Part shown: piece after piece, positions 29,922 through 40,948 of the stretch | Layout: each line of letters starts with the position of its first letter | Position numbering within the stretch: position 1 is the first letter of the stretch | NCBI GenBank assembly: GCA_000004695.1 | Contig: CM000153.2 | Location: 928,001 to 992,000 of the forward strand | DNA from: Dictyostelium discoideum | Taxonomy: Eukaryota | Length of the DNA: 64,000 nt | Direction of reading: 5' to 3' | Notes under the pieces: model-generated | What the model was told of the DNA's origin: nothing | Seen by the model: only the letters and a program-made list of their open reading frames with translations | Databases searched by the model: none | Made by a program: the position numbers and the translations under genes

Positions 29922-30241
29922 ATAATAACCATAAACTATATAAAAATATAAAATAGAACTTTGCAATAAAACAACAATAATTTATCAATTATAGATAGTA
30001 TTTACATCAAATTATTATTACTAATATTTATTTATAAATTTATTATTAATATTTTAATTATATTTTTAATAATATTATTTATTATTTAGTCATTTAATTA
30101 TTAAATCTTATAAAATATTAAAAAAAACTTAAGTTTTATTTTTTATTTTTTATTTTAATATCGATTAATAAACATATAATCGCTCAAGATTTTTAAAATG
30201 AGAGGTAATGATGGTCATCCATAACAAACAATTAAAAAAAA

Positions 30242-30301
30242 GACAGTTGACGGAAGGTTTTCTTAGAATGAAGGAACTGTAAGATTTGCTGTAAGGTAAA
30301 C
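30242..30301 (-). ncRNA. Class I RNA gene copy (5' stem variant GTTTAC), DUSE at 30371..30380.
   Basis: RNA sense: GTTTACCTTACAGCAAATCTTACAGTTCCTTCATTCTAAGAAAACCTTCCGTCAACTGTCT. Confidence 0.6.
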
Positions 30302-30572
30302 TTAAATGTTTTACACATTTAAAAAAGATAAATAAAATTAATTATTTAAGAAATTTTAAATAAAAAATAATTTTGTGGGATAGTGCCAACCAATAAAAAA
30401 AAAAAAAAAAAAAAAAAAACTCCATTCTCATTGTTTTATCAAAAAAATAATTAGGAATTTTTTTTTTTTTTTTTAATGATCTAGAAACTTATTTTTTTCA
30501 TCAATAATTACAATTTTACCTTTAATAAATTGGAAAATTAGATGATGGACTGGAGATATTATAAATAGAATA

Positions 30573-30603
<31 letters not shown>

Positions 30604-30700
30604 GTTCTGACAAATGATTTGATACCTGAAATGTCTTTTTTTATAATGACAAAAGAAATGGCATTTGTATTGGTAATGGTATTGGTAATGGTGTGACATT
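30604..30700 (+). repeat. Truncated copy of the 3' end of the 263-nt RNA plus its downstream flank (GATACCTGAAATGTCTTTTTTT...GGTAATGGTGTGACAT). It recurs at 31963..32030. A tandem 20-mer (CAGACCTGAAATATTAATATTT)x2.5 is at 30948..31005.
   Basis: Identity to 29752..29820 and 32842..32925. Confidence 0.6.
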
Positions 30701-31087
30701 CATAATAAATATTAAAAAAATGACTTCAGAAACTTGCCAACTCTTTTTAATTATTTCCCAAAAATTATGAAAATTAAAATTTATAAACAAACTATTATAG
30801 TTTTTTTGCCTTAATGTCCAACCTCTGATTAATCAATAAAAAAAAAATAGAAACTTAGTTCCAATATAAGAAGTTTGAGGAGTGAAAAAAAATACATTTT
30901 GTTTTATTGTTTTTTTTTTTTTTTTTCAGAAATAAAAATTATTAATATTTCAGACCTGAAATATTAATATTTCAGACCTGACCATTCTTATATTGGATGG
31001 TTTCTTAGATTTTTAATTTTTTAAAGAATAAATAATTAATTTTTTTTTGATAAAATACACCACCTAGGCTTTTTAATGATATAAAAA

Positions 31088-31146
31088 GACAGTTGATGAA
31101 GGTTTCTTTGAATGTAAGGAAATTTTAGATTTGCTGTAAGGTCAAC
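31088..31146 (-). ncRNA. Class I RNA gene copy without a recognisable DUSE (possibly inactive).
   Basis: GTTGACCTTACAGCAAATCTAAAATTTCCTTACATTCAAAGAAACCTTCATCAACTGTC. Confidence 0.5.
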
Positions 31147-31188
31147 TTTAATGTTTTTCACATTTTCTTAAAATGGTTTAAACATACA

Positions 31189-31247
<59 letters not shown>

Positions 31248-31584
31248 ATAATAACCATAAACTATATAAAAATAATAGAACTTTGCGATAAAACAACAAT
31301 AATTTATCAATTATAGATAGTATTTACATCAAATTATTATTACTAATATTTTTTTATAAATTTATTATTAATATTTTAATTATATATTTATTTAAAAAAA
31401 TTAAAAAAATTATTTATTATTTAATCATTTAATTTTTTTAAATCTTATAAAATATTTAAAAAAAACTTGAGTTTTATTTTTAATTTTATATTTTTTTTAA
31501 TATCGGTTAATAAACATATTATGGCTCAAGATTTTAAAAATGAGAGGTAATGATGGTCATCCATAACAAACAATTAAAAAAAAA

Positions 31585-31644
31585 GACAGTTGACGGAAGG
31601 TTTTCTTAGAATGAAGGAACTGTAAGATTTGCTGTAGGGTCAAC
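31585..31644 (-). ncRNA. Class I RNA gene copy (motif variant CCCTACAGCAA), DUSE at 31731..31740.
   Basis: GTTGACCCTACAGCAAATCTTACAGTTCCTTCATTCTAAGAAAACCTTCCGTCAACTGTC. It is a paralogue of the 30242 copy within a 1.35-kb tandem duplication (29.88-31.2 kb vs 31.2-32.3 kb). Confidence 0.6.
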
Positions 31645-32278
31645 TTATTTATGTGTTAACTTAAATGTTTTACACATTTAAAAAAAGATAAATAAAATTA
31701 ATTATATAAGAAATTTAAAATAAAAAATAATTTTGTGGGATAGTTTCAACCAATAATAAAAAAAAAAATAACTCTTTTTTTTATATTCTTATTATATTAT
31801 CAAAAAAATTTGGAATTTTTTTTTTTTATTTTTTTTTTTAATTCCTAAAAACTTATTTTTTCGTCAATAATTACAATTTTTCTTTACTAAATTGGAAAAT
31901 TAAATGGTAGAGATATTATAAGTAGAAAAAAAAAAAAAAAAAGATAGCCAACAAAGCATTTAATACCTGAAATGTCTTTTTTTATAATGACAAAGGAAAT
32001 GTTAATGGTAATGGTGTGAAATTCATTAATAAATCTATTAATTTTTATTTCCTGTAAAATCAATATTAAAAAAAAAAAAAAAAAAAAAAAATGTCTTCAG
32101 AAACTTTGGATGGCTCTTTTTAATCAATATTAAAAAAACCTTAGAGTTTTTTAAAGAATAAATAATTAATTTTTTTTTTTTTTTTTTTTTTTTGATTTTT
32201 TTTTTTTTACCTAAAAGCGGTGTATTTTTTTTTTTTTTTTGATAAAACACCTCCTCGGCTTTTTAATGATAAAAAAAT

Positions 32279-32338
32279 GACAGTTGACAAAGGTTTTCTT
32301 TGAATGTAAGGAAATGTTAGATTTGCTGTAAGGTCAAC
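32279..32338 (-). ncRNA. Class I RNA gene copy, intact stem, DUSE variant ATCCCATAA at 32408..32417.
   Basis: GTTGACCTTACAGCAAATCTAACATTTCCTTACATTCAAAGAAAACCTTTGTCAACTGTCA. Confidence 0.65.
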
Positions 32339-32596
32339 TTTAATTTTTTTCACATTTTCTTTAAATCTAAACATATAAAATTGAAAACATTTAAATTAAA
32401 AATAGAATTATGGGATTTGATCATCCTAAATTCTTATTTTCATATGAAATTAATAAAAAATAATTAATTTTGTTTGGAGATTCTTTTTTTTTTTTTTTCT
32501 TTTTTTTCTCAATTTTTTTTTTTTCCCAATAACCCATAAAAAGTTTTAATCAAATATCAATACCATTTTTAAATTTGAATTAAATATATTTTTGAT

Positions 32597-32859
32597 GGGC
32601 ATATCAGGACATCGAGTTTAAAACCTATTCAGACTCCAGAATACAAATTAATTTGAGCGGCAACGTTCATTTCAATCTGCACTTATCTAATCATTAGAGG
32701 AATGATTGCAAAATCAAACCTCTGAAGGTTAAAAAAATGCTGAGAAGTAACAGCATTAAAAAAAACATTTAGACCATAGTTGAGAGTCTTAAAATCCAAC
32801 CAGTTAGTAGAGACTAAAAATTTACAAAACCATAAACTCGATCTGATACCTGAAATGCC
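32597..32859 (+). ncRNA. Unclassified 263-nt DUSE-driven RNA, copy 2.
   Basis: DUSE AACCCATAAA at 32531..32540. Same sequence as 29510..29772 with 2-3 substitutions. Confidence 0.55.
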
Positions 32860-33591
32860 TTTTTTTTATTTTTTATAATCTTAATGGTAATGGAAATCGA
32901 AATGGAAATGGTAATGGTGTGACATACCTATTTATATCAACAAAAACAGTATTTTGTCTACAGAAACCTACTTGCAATAAAAGAAGTTTAAGAAGAAAAA
33001 AAATAATAATAAAAATTAAGTTAATTTGTTATAAAAATAAAAATAATAATTTAATTGATAATAATAAATAATATGTACATCATATTATTAAAAATAATAT
33101 AAATATTTATTTATTTACTAAATTATTTATTAATATATTTAATATTTTAAATTAAAAAAAAAATTATTTATTATTTTTTTTTTTTAAAATTGATTAATCA
33201 GTGTTTATCCATTAAAGGAAATAAACAATAGTTAAATAGTATTATGTATTTTATTTTTTAAGAAATTAGTTATAAAAAATTTCCTCAGGCCAGGATTATT
33301 TATTATTTAATCATTAAATTTTATTTTTTAATTATTTAATCTAAAAAAAACATATTATTGCCCATGAGTTTTTAAAATGAGAGACAATGACTGTTATCCT
33401 AAATAAATAAATTAAATAATTAATTAATTAAAAAAAAAGATAGTTTGGAGGAAGGTATTCTTAAATAATTATCAAAGAATTAGAGTTTTTAATTTTTTTT
33501 TTTTATTGAAATCCCACAAAATTATTTTTTATTCAAAATTTCTTAAATAATTAATTTTTTTAATCTTATTAAAAATGTGTAAAACATTTAA

Positions 33592-33651
33592 GTTGACCTT
33601 ACAGCAAATCCTGCAGTTCCTTCATTCTAAGAAAACCTTTCGCCAACTGTC
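33592..33651 (+). ncRNA. Class I RNA gene copy in opposite orientation (3' stem GCCAAC gives one A.C mismatch), DUSE ATCCCACAAA at 33511..33520.
   Basis: GTTGACCTTACAGCAAATCCTGCAGTTCCTTCATTCTAAGAAAACCTTTCGCCAACTGTC + T6. A degenerate minus-strand remnant is at about 33425..33480. Confidence 0.55.
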
Positions 33652-33785
33652 TTTTTTATAATTAATCATTTATTTTGGATAACCATCATTACCTCTTGTA
33701 TTTAATTCTTTAGCAATAAAATATGTTAATTTAAGTTTTTTTTTTAATATTTTATTATTTGTTTTTGTATTACTATATCAATTAC

Positions 33786-33820
<35 letters not shown>

Positions 33821-33971
33821 AAACCAAAGAATAAATAAAATATTATTTAACCATGATGATACATAAAAATTCTTTTTTCATATTTTAAATACCAACCTAT
33901 TTATTTGAAAGTAAACAGAAAAAACAAAATTAATTTATTCAACAATAATTTAAAGAAAAATTTTATTTAAA

Positions 33972-35150
33972 TTAAATTAAAAAAAAAACAATTGTAAAAG
34001 AAAAGATAATAAAAGAAAAAAAGGTTATTGAAATTTTACCACTTGAATTTGATTGAGTAGCTATTAAATTATCTTCATGGGTTGATTGACTCCCACTAGG
34101 ATCACTTTCACTAGAATATCCTTCAATAAGATTTGGATCTGGTGTTTTAGCTTCTTCAATAGAACCTGTAATTGTTGGTTCTTCAGTTTCTTCTGGTTCA
34201 TCATCATCTTCATCATTGTCTTCGTCATCAATATTTGGTTTTCCTTTATTCTTATTCTTATTTTTATTTTCATCTTCATCTTCATCTTCATCATCATCAT
34301 CTTTATTATTGTTATTATTTCTATGATTATTATTTTTATTATTATCATTATTATTTAATCTAGTTGGTTTTTTTGTTTCGTCATCATCATCATCATCATC
34401 AATATTTATTGGTTTATGAGTACGAGTTGGTGTTTTAGTTTCTTCTTCTTCTTTATCATCAGTACCAGCACCTGCTGGTCTACCATCACCATAAAAGAAA
34501 TGATGAGATTGTTGGGATGGAGATGGTGTTGATATTTGATGTTGGGTAATTGCTGGAGTAGTTTGAGATTTTGGTGAAATAGTTTCTGGTGGTTGAGTTG
34601 TTGGGGGAAGAGTCTTTTTAGGTTCTGGTTCAACAGGTTTTCTTGTTGTTGGTAAAGTTGGTTCAATTGATGGTTTTAGTGGTAAAGTTGGTTTTTCAGT
34701 TGGTTTAGTTAACGATTGTGAAAAGGTAGGTTTATTAGTTTCAACTATGACATTTGGTGTTACCTCATCAATACTAATTCCAACATTGATATTTTTTGGA
34801 ATTGAAACACCTTGTTTATAAACTGGTGCCGTTTCATCCAAATCATTTGAAGTTTGTTGGTAATAATTTTGATTGGAATAATAATCTTCATTATATGGAT
34901 TTTGTCTTGATCTTCTTTCACTACCATAACGACTATTGTGTCTATTACGTTGACGTGATTGTGGTTGTTGTTGATATTGTTGTTGGTGTTGGTGTGGTGA
35001 AGACCGAGTATATTCTCCAGTTTCCAAATTATATCCAAATCTTTTATAATATTCAATTTCTGATTTTGAATATGTTGCAGTTGAAAATTGTATTATTATT
35101 AAAAATACAAATATTACCGACATAAAAAAAAATGAATTATTTAATTTCAT
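33972..35150 (-). CDS. Secreted Pro/Thr/Gln-rich acidic mucin-like protein, probably GPI-anchored, 392 aa.
   Basis: N-terminal signal [27 protein letters not shown]-rich (PTLP/KPT) region. (D/E)-rich and NKNKNK repeats. C-terminal SSGKIS + hydrophobic tail [18 protein letters not shown] (omega-site-like). Confidence 0.6.
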
Positions 35151-35494
35151 TTTTAATATTAAAAAAATAAAAAAAATCTTTATTTTTATATTACAGAATA
35201 AATTAATTTATTTTTTAATTTTTTTGAATTGGATAGATTCAATTAATTAATTAAATTTTTATTTTTATTTTTATTTTTAATTTTTTTTTTTTTTTTTTTT
35301 TTTATTTGTATAGAAAATTATAATTATTTATGTTATAAAAAAAAAATTTTTAAAACAACCAAAAGTATTTATATAAAACTAAACAATGTAAAAATGAAAA
35401 AGTTGTTGAAAAAGAAAATTACAACCACACAACCACTCTCACCCACTACTATTCCTCTTGTCAAAATCAAGTTCAACACATAAACTAATTTTGG

Positions 35495-35536
<42 letters not shown>

Positions 35537-35620
35537 AATGAACCCTATTTGTTTATTTATTTTTTTATTATAATAAAATATAGTTTTTAAAAATAAAATG
35601 AATTTTATCATTAAATTGGG

Positions 35621-35656
<36 letters not shown>

Positions 35657-35798
35657 TTTTCCCCGGAAAAAATTTTAAATTTTTTTTAAAAAACCTTTTT
35701 TTTAAAAAAAAAGGGGGGTTTTTAAAAAAGTTTTTTTTTTTTTTGGGGAAAAAAATTATTTTTTAAACGGATTTTTTTTTTTTTTTTTTTTTTAATTT

Positions 35799-35864
<66 letters not shown>

Positions 35865-35962
35865 TTTGTTTTTTAAATTTTATATTTTTTTATTTTTATT
35901 TTTTTTTTCTGATTTTACATACCCTCCCTCACATTACAAAACAAACAAATAAACTTTTTAAA

Positions 35963-36287
35963 ATGAGCTCAACAGAAGAATTAAATGATAAATTGAAACA
36001 AGATTTGAAAATTGATGAAGAAAAATCAAATGATAAAGAAACTTCAACAACAGGTGAAATTAAGATTCAAGAGATTAAATTAAAAGATAAATATAAAACC
36101 AATAATGATGATTTAAAAGAAGCAAATAATTTAAAAGTACTTGGTAATAAAGCATATACAGCAGCTGAATATCAAAATGCAATTAATTATTATACTGAAG
36201 CAATTTCAATATTAAAAAAAGAAGATGACAATAATAATGATAATAATAACAATAATGATACCACAAATAATGATAGTGATAATGAAG

Positions 36288-36345
<58 letters not shown>

Positions 36346-36844
36346 AAATATAAATAAAACAAAAAAAGTTAATAAAATCATTGAAATTAGAGAGAATACA
36401 GAAGAAGATATAATATCATGTTTTGAAGAATTATCAATTCTTTATAGTAATAGATCAGCATGTTATTTATCAATTAAACAATATGATTCAGTGATTAAAG
36501 ATTGTAACATTGCATTAGAATTTGAACCAACACCAACAACAATTAAAATTAAAATTTATCATAGAAGAGCTCAAGCTAGAGAACAATTGAATAAATTAAA
36601 AGAATCATTAGAAGATTATCAAGAAATCATTAAATTGGATCCATCATTTCCACAAGCTCAACAAGCTTTAAAAAGATTACCACCAAAAATAAAAGAAAAA
36701 GAAGATAAAGAAAGAGAAGAAATGATGGGTAAATTAAAAGATTTAGGTAATACCATCTTAGGTAAATTTGGTATGAGTACTGATAATTTTCAATTTGTAA
36801 AAGATCCAAATACTGGTGGCTATTCTGTTAATTTTAAAAAATAA
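35963..36844 (+). CDS. ttc1: Tetratricopeptide repeat protein 1 (TTC1/TPR1) orthologue, 293 aa.
   Basis: TPR repeats (ANNLKVLGNKAYTAAEYQNAINYYTEAI; SNRSACYL; IYHRRAQAREQLNKLKESLEDYQEI). The C-terminus [58 protein letters not shown] matches human [50 protein letters not shown]. Confidence 0.85.
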
Positions 36845-37062
36845 AATAAATAAAATATATAAAAAAATAAAAAAATAAAAAAAAACCCTTATTATTCTTA
36901 AATTACTTTATTTATTTGTTATTACATTTGCATAAGTTATTTTTTTTTTTTTTTTTTTTTTCCTAAAAAAAATTGAAATTATTCTAAAATTATTTATATA
37001 AATATATTGATAATTTCTTTTTTTTTTTTTTTTTTTTAAATTTTTTAAATTTTTTTTTTTTT

Positions 37063-37798
37063 TTATTTACAACAACTTGGACCAGTTGAAGTTGGTTGTG
37101 GTTGTTTATTGAGATCGCCTGGTTGAATTGTACCTTCAATTGGTTGATTTCTTCTAACATCATTCTTTAAGATATGATCAACCAAGAAACGTGCTGCTTT
37201 TTCAATATTCATATTTTCTTTAGCACTAGTTTCGAACCAACCAATGAAACCATTATCTTTACAATATTTATCCATATCGTTTGCAGTCTTGATGAATGCA
37301 TCTTTACCTAAATCACATTTGTTTGCTAATAAAACTACTGGAATTGGTTTTTCATCTGCACCATAAGTTACTTTAGAATCAATATCTGCTTTCCATTTAG
37401 CAACTGCTTCAAATGTACTCATTCTAGTAACATCAAATGTAATCATTGCTCCAACTGCTTCTTTATAATAAACTCTTGTCATTGATCCAAATCTAATAAA
37501 TAATAATAAATAATCAAAAATTAATAACAAATAAATAAATTTGAATATAATATTAATAAATAAATAAATACCTTTCTTGACCTGCAATATCCCATAATTG
37601 TAATCTAACTTCGGTTTTTGGATCCCAATTAATCACTTTTAATGCAAAATCTACACCAATGGTTGATTTATAATGCATAGAGAATATATTATGAACAAAT
37701 CTTTTAATAATTGAAGTTTTACCAGTACCAATATCACCAACAACTAAAATTTTATATAAATACTCATTATATCCTTCATCATCAGCTGGGTTGTTTGA
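37063..37798 (-). CDS. Rab32/Rab38-subfamily GTPase; join complement(37063..37492,37572..37798). The start-codon exon was not identified (5' partial model).
   Basis: [59 protein letters not shown]|[22 protein letters not shown]...[20 protein letters not shown]...SCCK is collinear with human RAB32 ([36 protein letters not shown]...[23 protein letters not shown]). Donor is GAA AG|GTATTT, acceptor TTATTAG|A. Confidence 0.8.
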
Positions 37799-37968
37799 CT
37801 AAATAATAATAAAAAAATAATAAAAAAAAAAAAAAGAATTAATAATTTATTTGATAAAAAATAATAATAAAATATTTATAATTTAAAATTATTATAATTG
37901 TTATTGATTTATTATAATTAAAATAAATTTTAATTTATATTTAGTTATAAATTATTTATTTATTATTT

Positions 37969-38001
<33 letters not shown>

Positions 38002-38296
38002 TTTGCAAATATCCATATAAATATTTTTTTCATTTTTTTATTTTTATTTTTATTTTTTTGCAATGAAACAAACCACCACCACACAAATAATTTAAAAAGT
38101 TTATTTTTATTTTGTCATTTTTATTATACTATCACCCTTTTTTTTTTTTATATATACTAAAAAATAATAATAAAAATAATTATCATACCATTTTATAGTT
38201 TATTTATGAATAAAATCTTTTTTTAAGATTTGTTTAATATTATTTTTTTTGAAAAAAAAAAATGTTTAACGTTAGAAAAAAATGATTTTATTTTTT

Positions 38297-38330
<34 letters not shown>

Positions 38331-38733
38331 GGAAGAAAAGGGTTGTTTTTTTTAAAATTAAAAAAATTTTAAAAAAAAAAAAAAAACTTCTTTTGAATTT
38401 TCTTTTTTTAAAAAATTTTTTTTTTATTTTTTTTTTATTTTAAAATAATTAAAGTGTTGGTACCTAAAAAAAATATGAAAATATTAAAAAAAAAAAAATG
38501 GTTAAAAAAAACAAGGAAATAAATTTTTTTTTTTTTTTTTTTTTCTTACCACTACAACAATCGATCCATCATTTTTTTTATTTTTTTATTTTATTTTTTT
38601 TTTTAATCAAAAATAAATGAAAATCGATTTTTCTAATTATATCTTACAATTTTAACCTTTATCTATCCTGGTGAAGAGATCCAGTTTCTCTATCCTAATA
38701 TTTTTAGAATACTTCAATTTTCAAAACAAACAC

Positions 38734-38785
<52 letters not shown>

Positions 38786-39090
38786 GAAAAATGAGATTAT
38801 TAAAATTAAAATTAAAATAACAAATAAATAAGTTTTTAATCTAATAACAACAGCAAAGCAAAAGAAAAGAATTTTTTTTTTTTTGTACATATTTAAAATA
38901 TATTTTTTTTTTATTATTATTATTTTTTATTTATTTTTTATTTGTTTACAAAAATATAAAACATAACCAATAGGAAGTGGAATTATATTATTACTATTGA
39001 TATTTTGGGTTGGTGAGGGTTTTTTTTTTTTTTTTCTTTCCTTTTTGCTATTGTTTTTTTTTTTTTTTTTATTTTTTATTTTTTATTTTT

Positions 39091-39966
39091 TTATTGACCC
39101 ATCATAATATCTTCAATAACTACTTTAGTTGATAAAGGTGCAATATCTTGTTTTAAAACTGGAGTAGTACCTTGCTTAAAGATGTATGGATTATTTCTAA
39201 ATTTACGTTCATTTGGAGTTTGGTAATTTCTTAAAACTGTAACACCACTTGGCTCAATTACGGTAACATCAACATTACTACCAGAACCTAAATCATTAAA
39301 AATACCACTTGAAATTGCTTCTGCTACAAGTGCAATTGCCTCTTCTTTCTATAAAAATTAAATTAAAAAAAATAAAAAAAAAAGTTAATAAAAGATGTTT
39401 TGATGGTGATTATTTATTTTTTTTTTTTTAAAAAATAATAACTTACAGTCATATCATTTTTATATTTTGCTTCAAATACTGCCATAGCAGCTAAAGAACC
39501 AGAACCCATAGTGACGTATGGTAATTGATCAGTGCTACCATGTGGATAGATAGTGTGTAATGATGGACCATTGATATCGATACCACCGAGAATGAGTGCA
39601 GCACTAATGTGACCTTGATATTTGAATAACATTTGTTTTAACATTGTCAAAGCGGTGATGACACGAGTTTGTTTACCAGTTGATAATTTATGTAATTTTA
39701 ATTTTGAACTGATTAATGCTGTTGCACTCTCGGTATCTGCAGCGGTACCTGCACCACAACAATAGATATTGTCTGCAATGTAATGAATCTTTTCACAATT
39801 TTTATCGGCAACAATTGGACCTTCTGTTGCACGAGTATCTGCTCCTAAAACAACACCTCCCTTATATACAACACCAACAATTGTTGTACCTGTCTTCATA
39901 AATCCTTTCATTCTTAATCCTGTCTTTTCTAAAACATTATTTCTAAATAAAATAATTAATTATTTA

Positions 39967-40050
<84 letters not shown>

Positions 40051-40259
40051 TTTTTTTTAATTCAATTGATTATATAATTCATTTTGATAAATATTATTTT
40101 TATATGTATATATAAATATTTAATATTATTTGTATATTATATTTAAAATTTGTATTAGTATTAAATAGGTAAATATTAAAAATATTATTACTTTTAAAAA
40201 TATATATATTACCTGTTACAGAGATCAAAATCAAAGCCACCTCTATTTAAATTTTCCAT
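39091..40259 (-). CDS. psmB7: Proteasome subunit beta type-7 (beta2, trypsin-like); join complement(39091..39348,39447..39942,40213..40259). The 270-nt intron 1 contains an (ATT)28 microsatellite.
   Basis: [15 protein letters not shown]|R|[41 protein letters not shown]...[11 protein letters not shown]...[24 protein letters not shown]|[27 protein letters not shown]. Collinear with human PSMB7 including the propeptide cleavage site (R/K)TGTT. Confidence 0.9.
39968..40050. repeat. (ATT)n microsatellite. Other (ATT)n tracts lie at 44741..44786, 45621..45727 and 57335..57398. An (AAT)38 tract at 2847..2960 is coding poly-Asn.
   Basis: Direct reading. Confidence 0.95.
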
Positions 40260-40567
40260 TTTTAATAATTTGTTATTTGTATTATAAATATATATATATG
40301 AACTGAGAAAAAAAAATAAAAAAAAAAATTAAATTAAAAAATTTTGATGAAAAAAAAAAAAAAAAATAAAAAAAATTAAATTAAAAATTGTGTGAAGTTG
40401 ACAAAAAATTTTTTATTTTTTAATTTTTTTTTTTTTTATTTTTTTTTTTTATTTATTTTTTTTTTATTTTTTTTTTTTATATTTTTATTTTTTCCAAAAC
40501 TACAATTATAATTATTTTATTTATAATAATATTTATTATTCACTAAAGTGATCAACTATAATTATCA

Positions 40568-40615
<48 letters not shown>

Positions 40616-40948
40616 ATAAAAAATAATATTTTTAAATATTTTATACTTTTGTTTTGATCAAGACAAAATTAATTAATTTTGTTTCCAAATTACTGCTTAG
40701 GCATTTATTTAGTTGTTAAAAAATAAATAATTTTAAAAAATAAAATTAAATAACCTTAAAATAAATTTTGAAAAAAAACAATAATAAATAAGAAATATAC
40801 TCTGGATAATTGACAATTCCTTTTTTTTTTTTTTTTTCTTTTTTTTAATATTATTTATTTATTTATTTAATTATTTTTTTATTTTATATTTTATTTATTA
40901 ATTTATTTTATTTATTATTTTATTTTATTTTATTTTATATATAGTAAT

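Noticed and set aside
28700-33720. Repeat-spacer appearance of the 28.7-33.7 kb region (CRISPR-like periodicity)
   Set aside because: This is a eukaryotic nuclear sequence. The repeats are 60-nt promoter-bearing ncRNA genes with terminators, in both orientations, at irregular 0.4-1.3 kb spacing.
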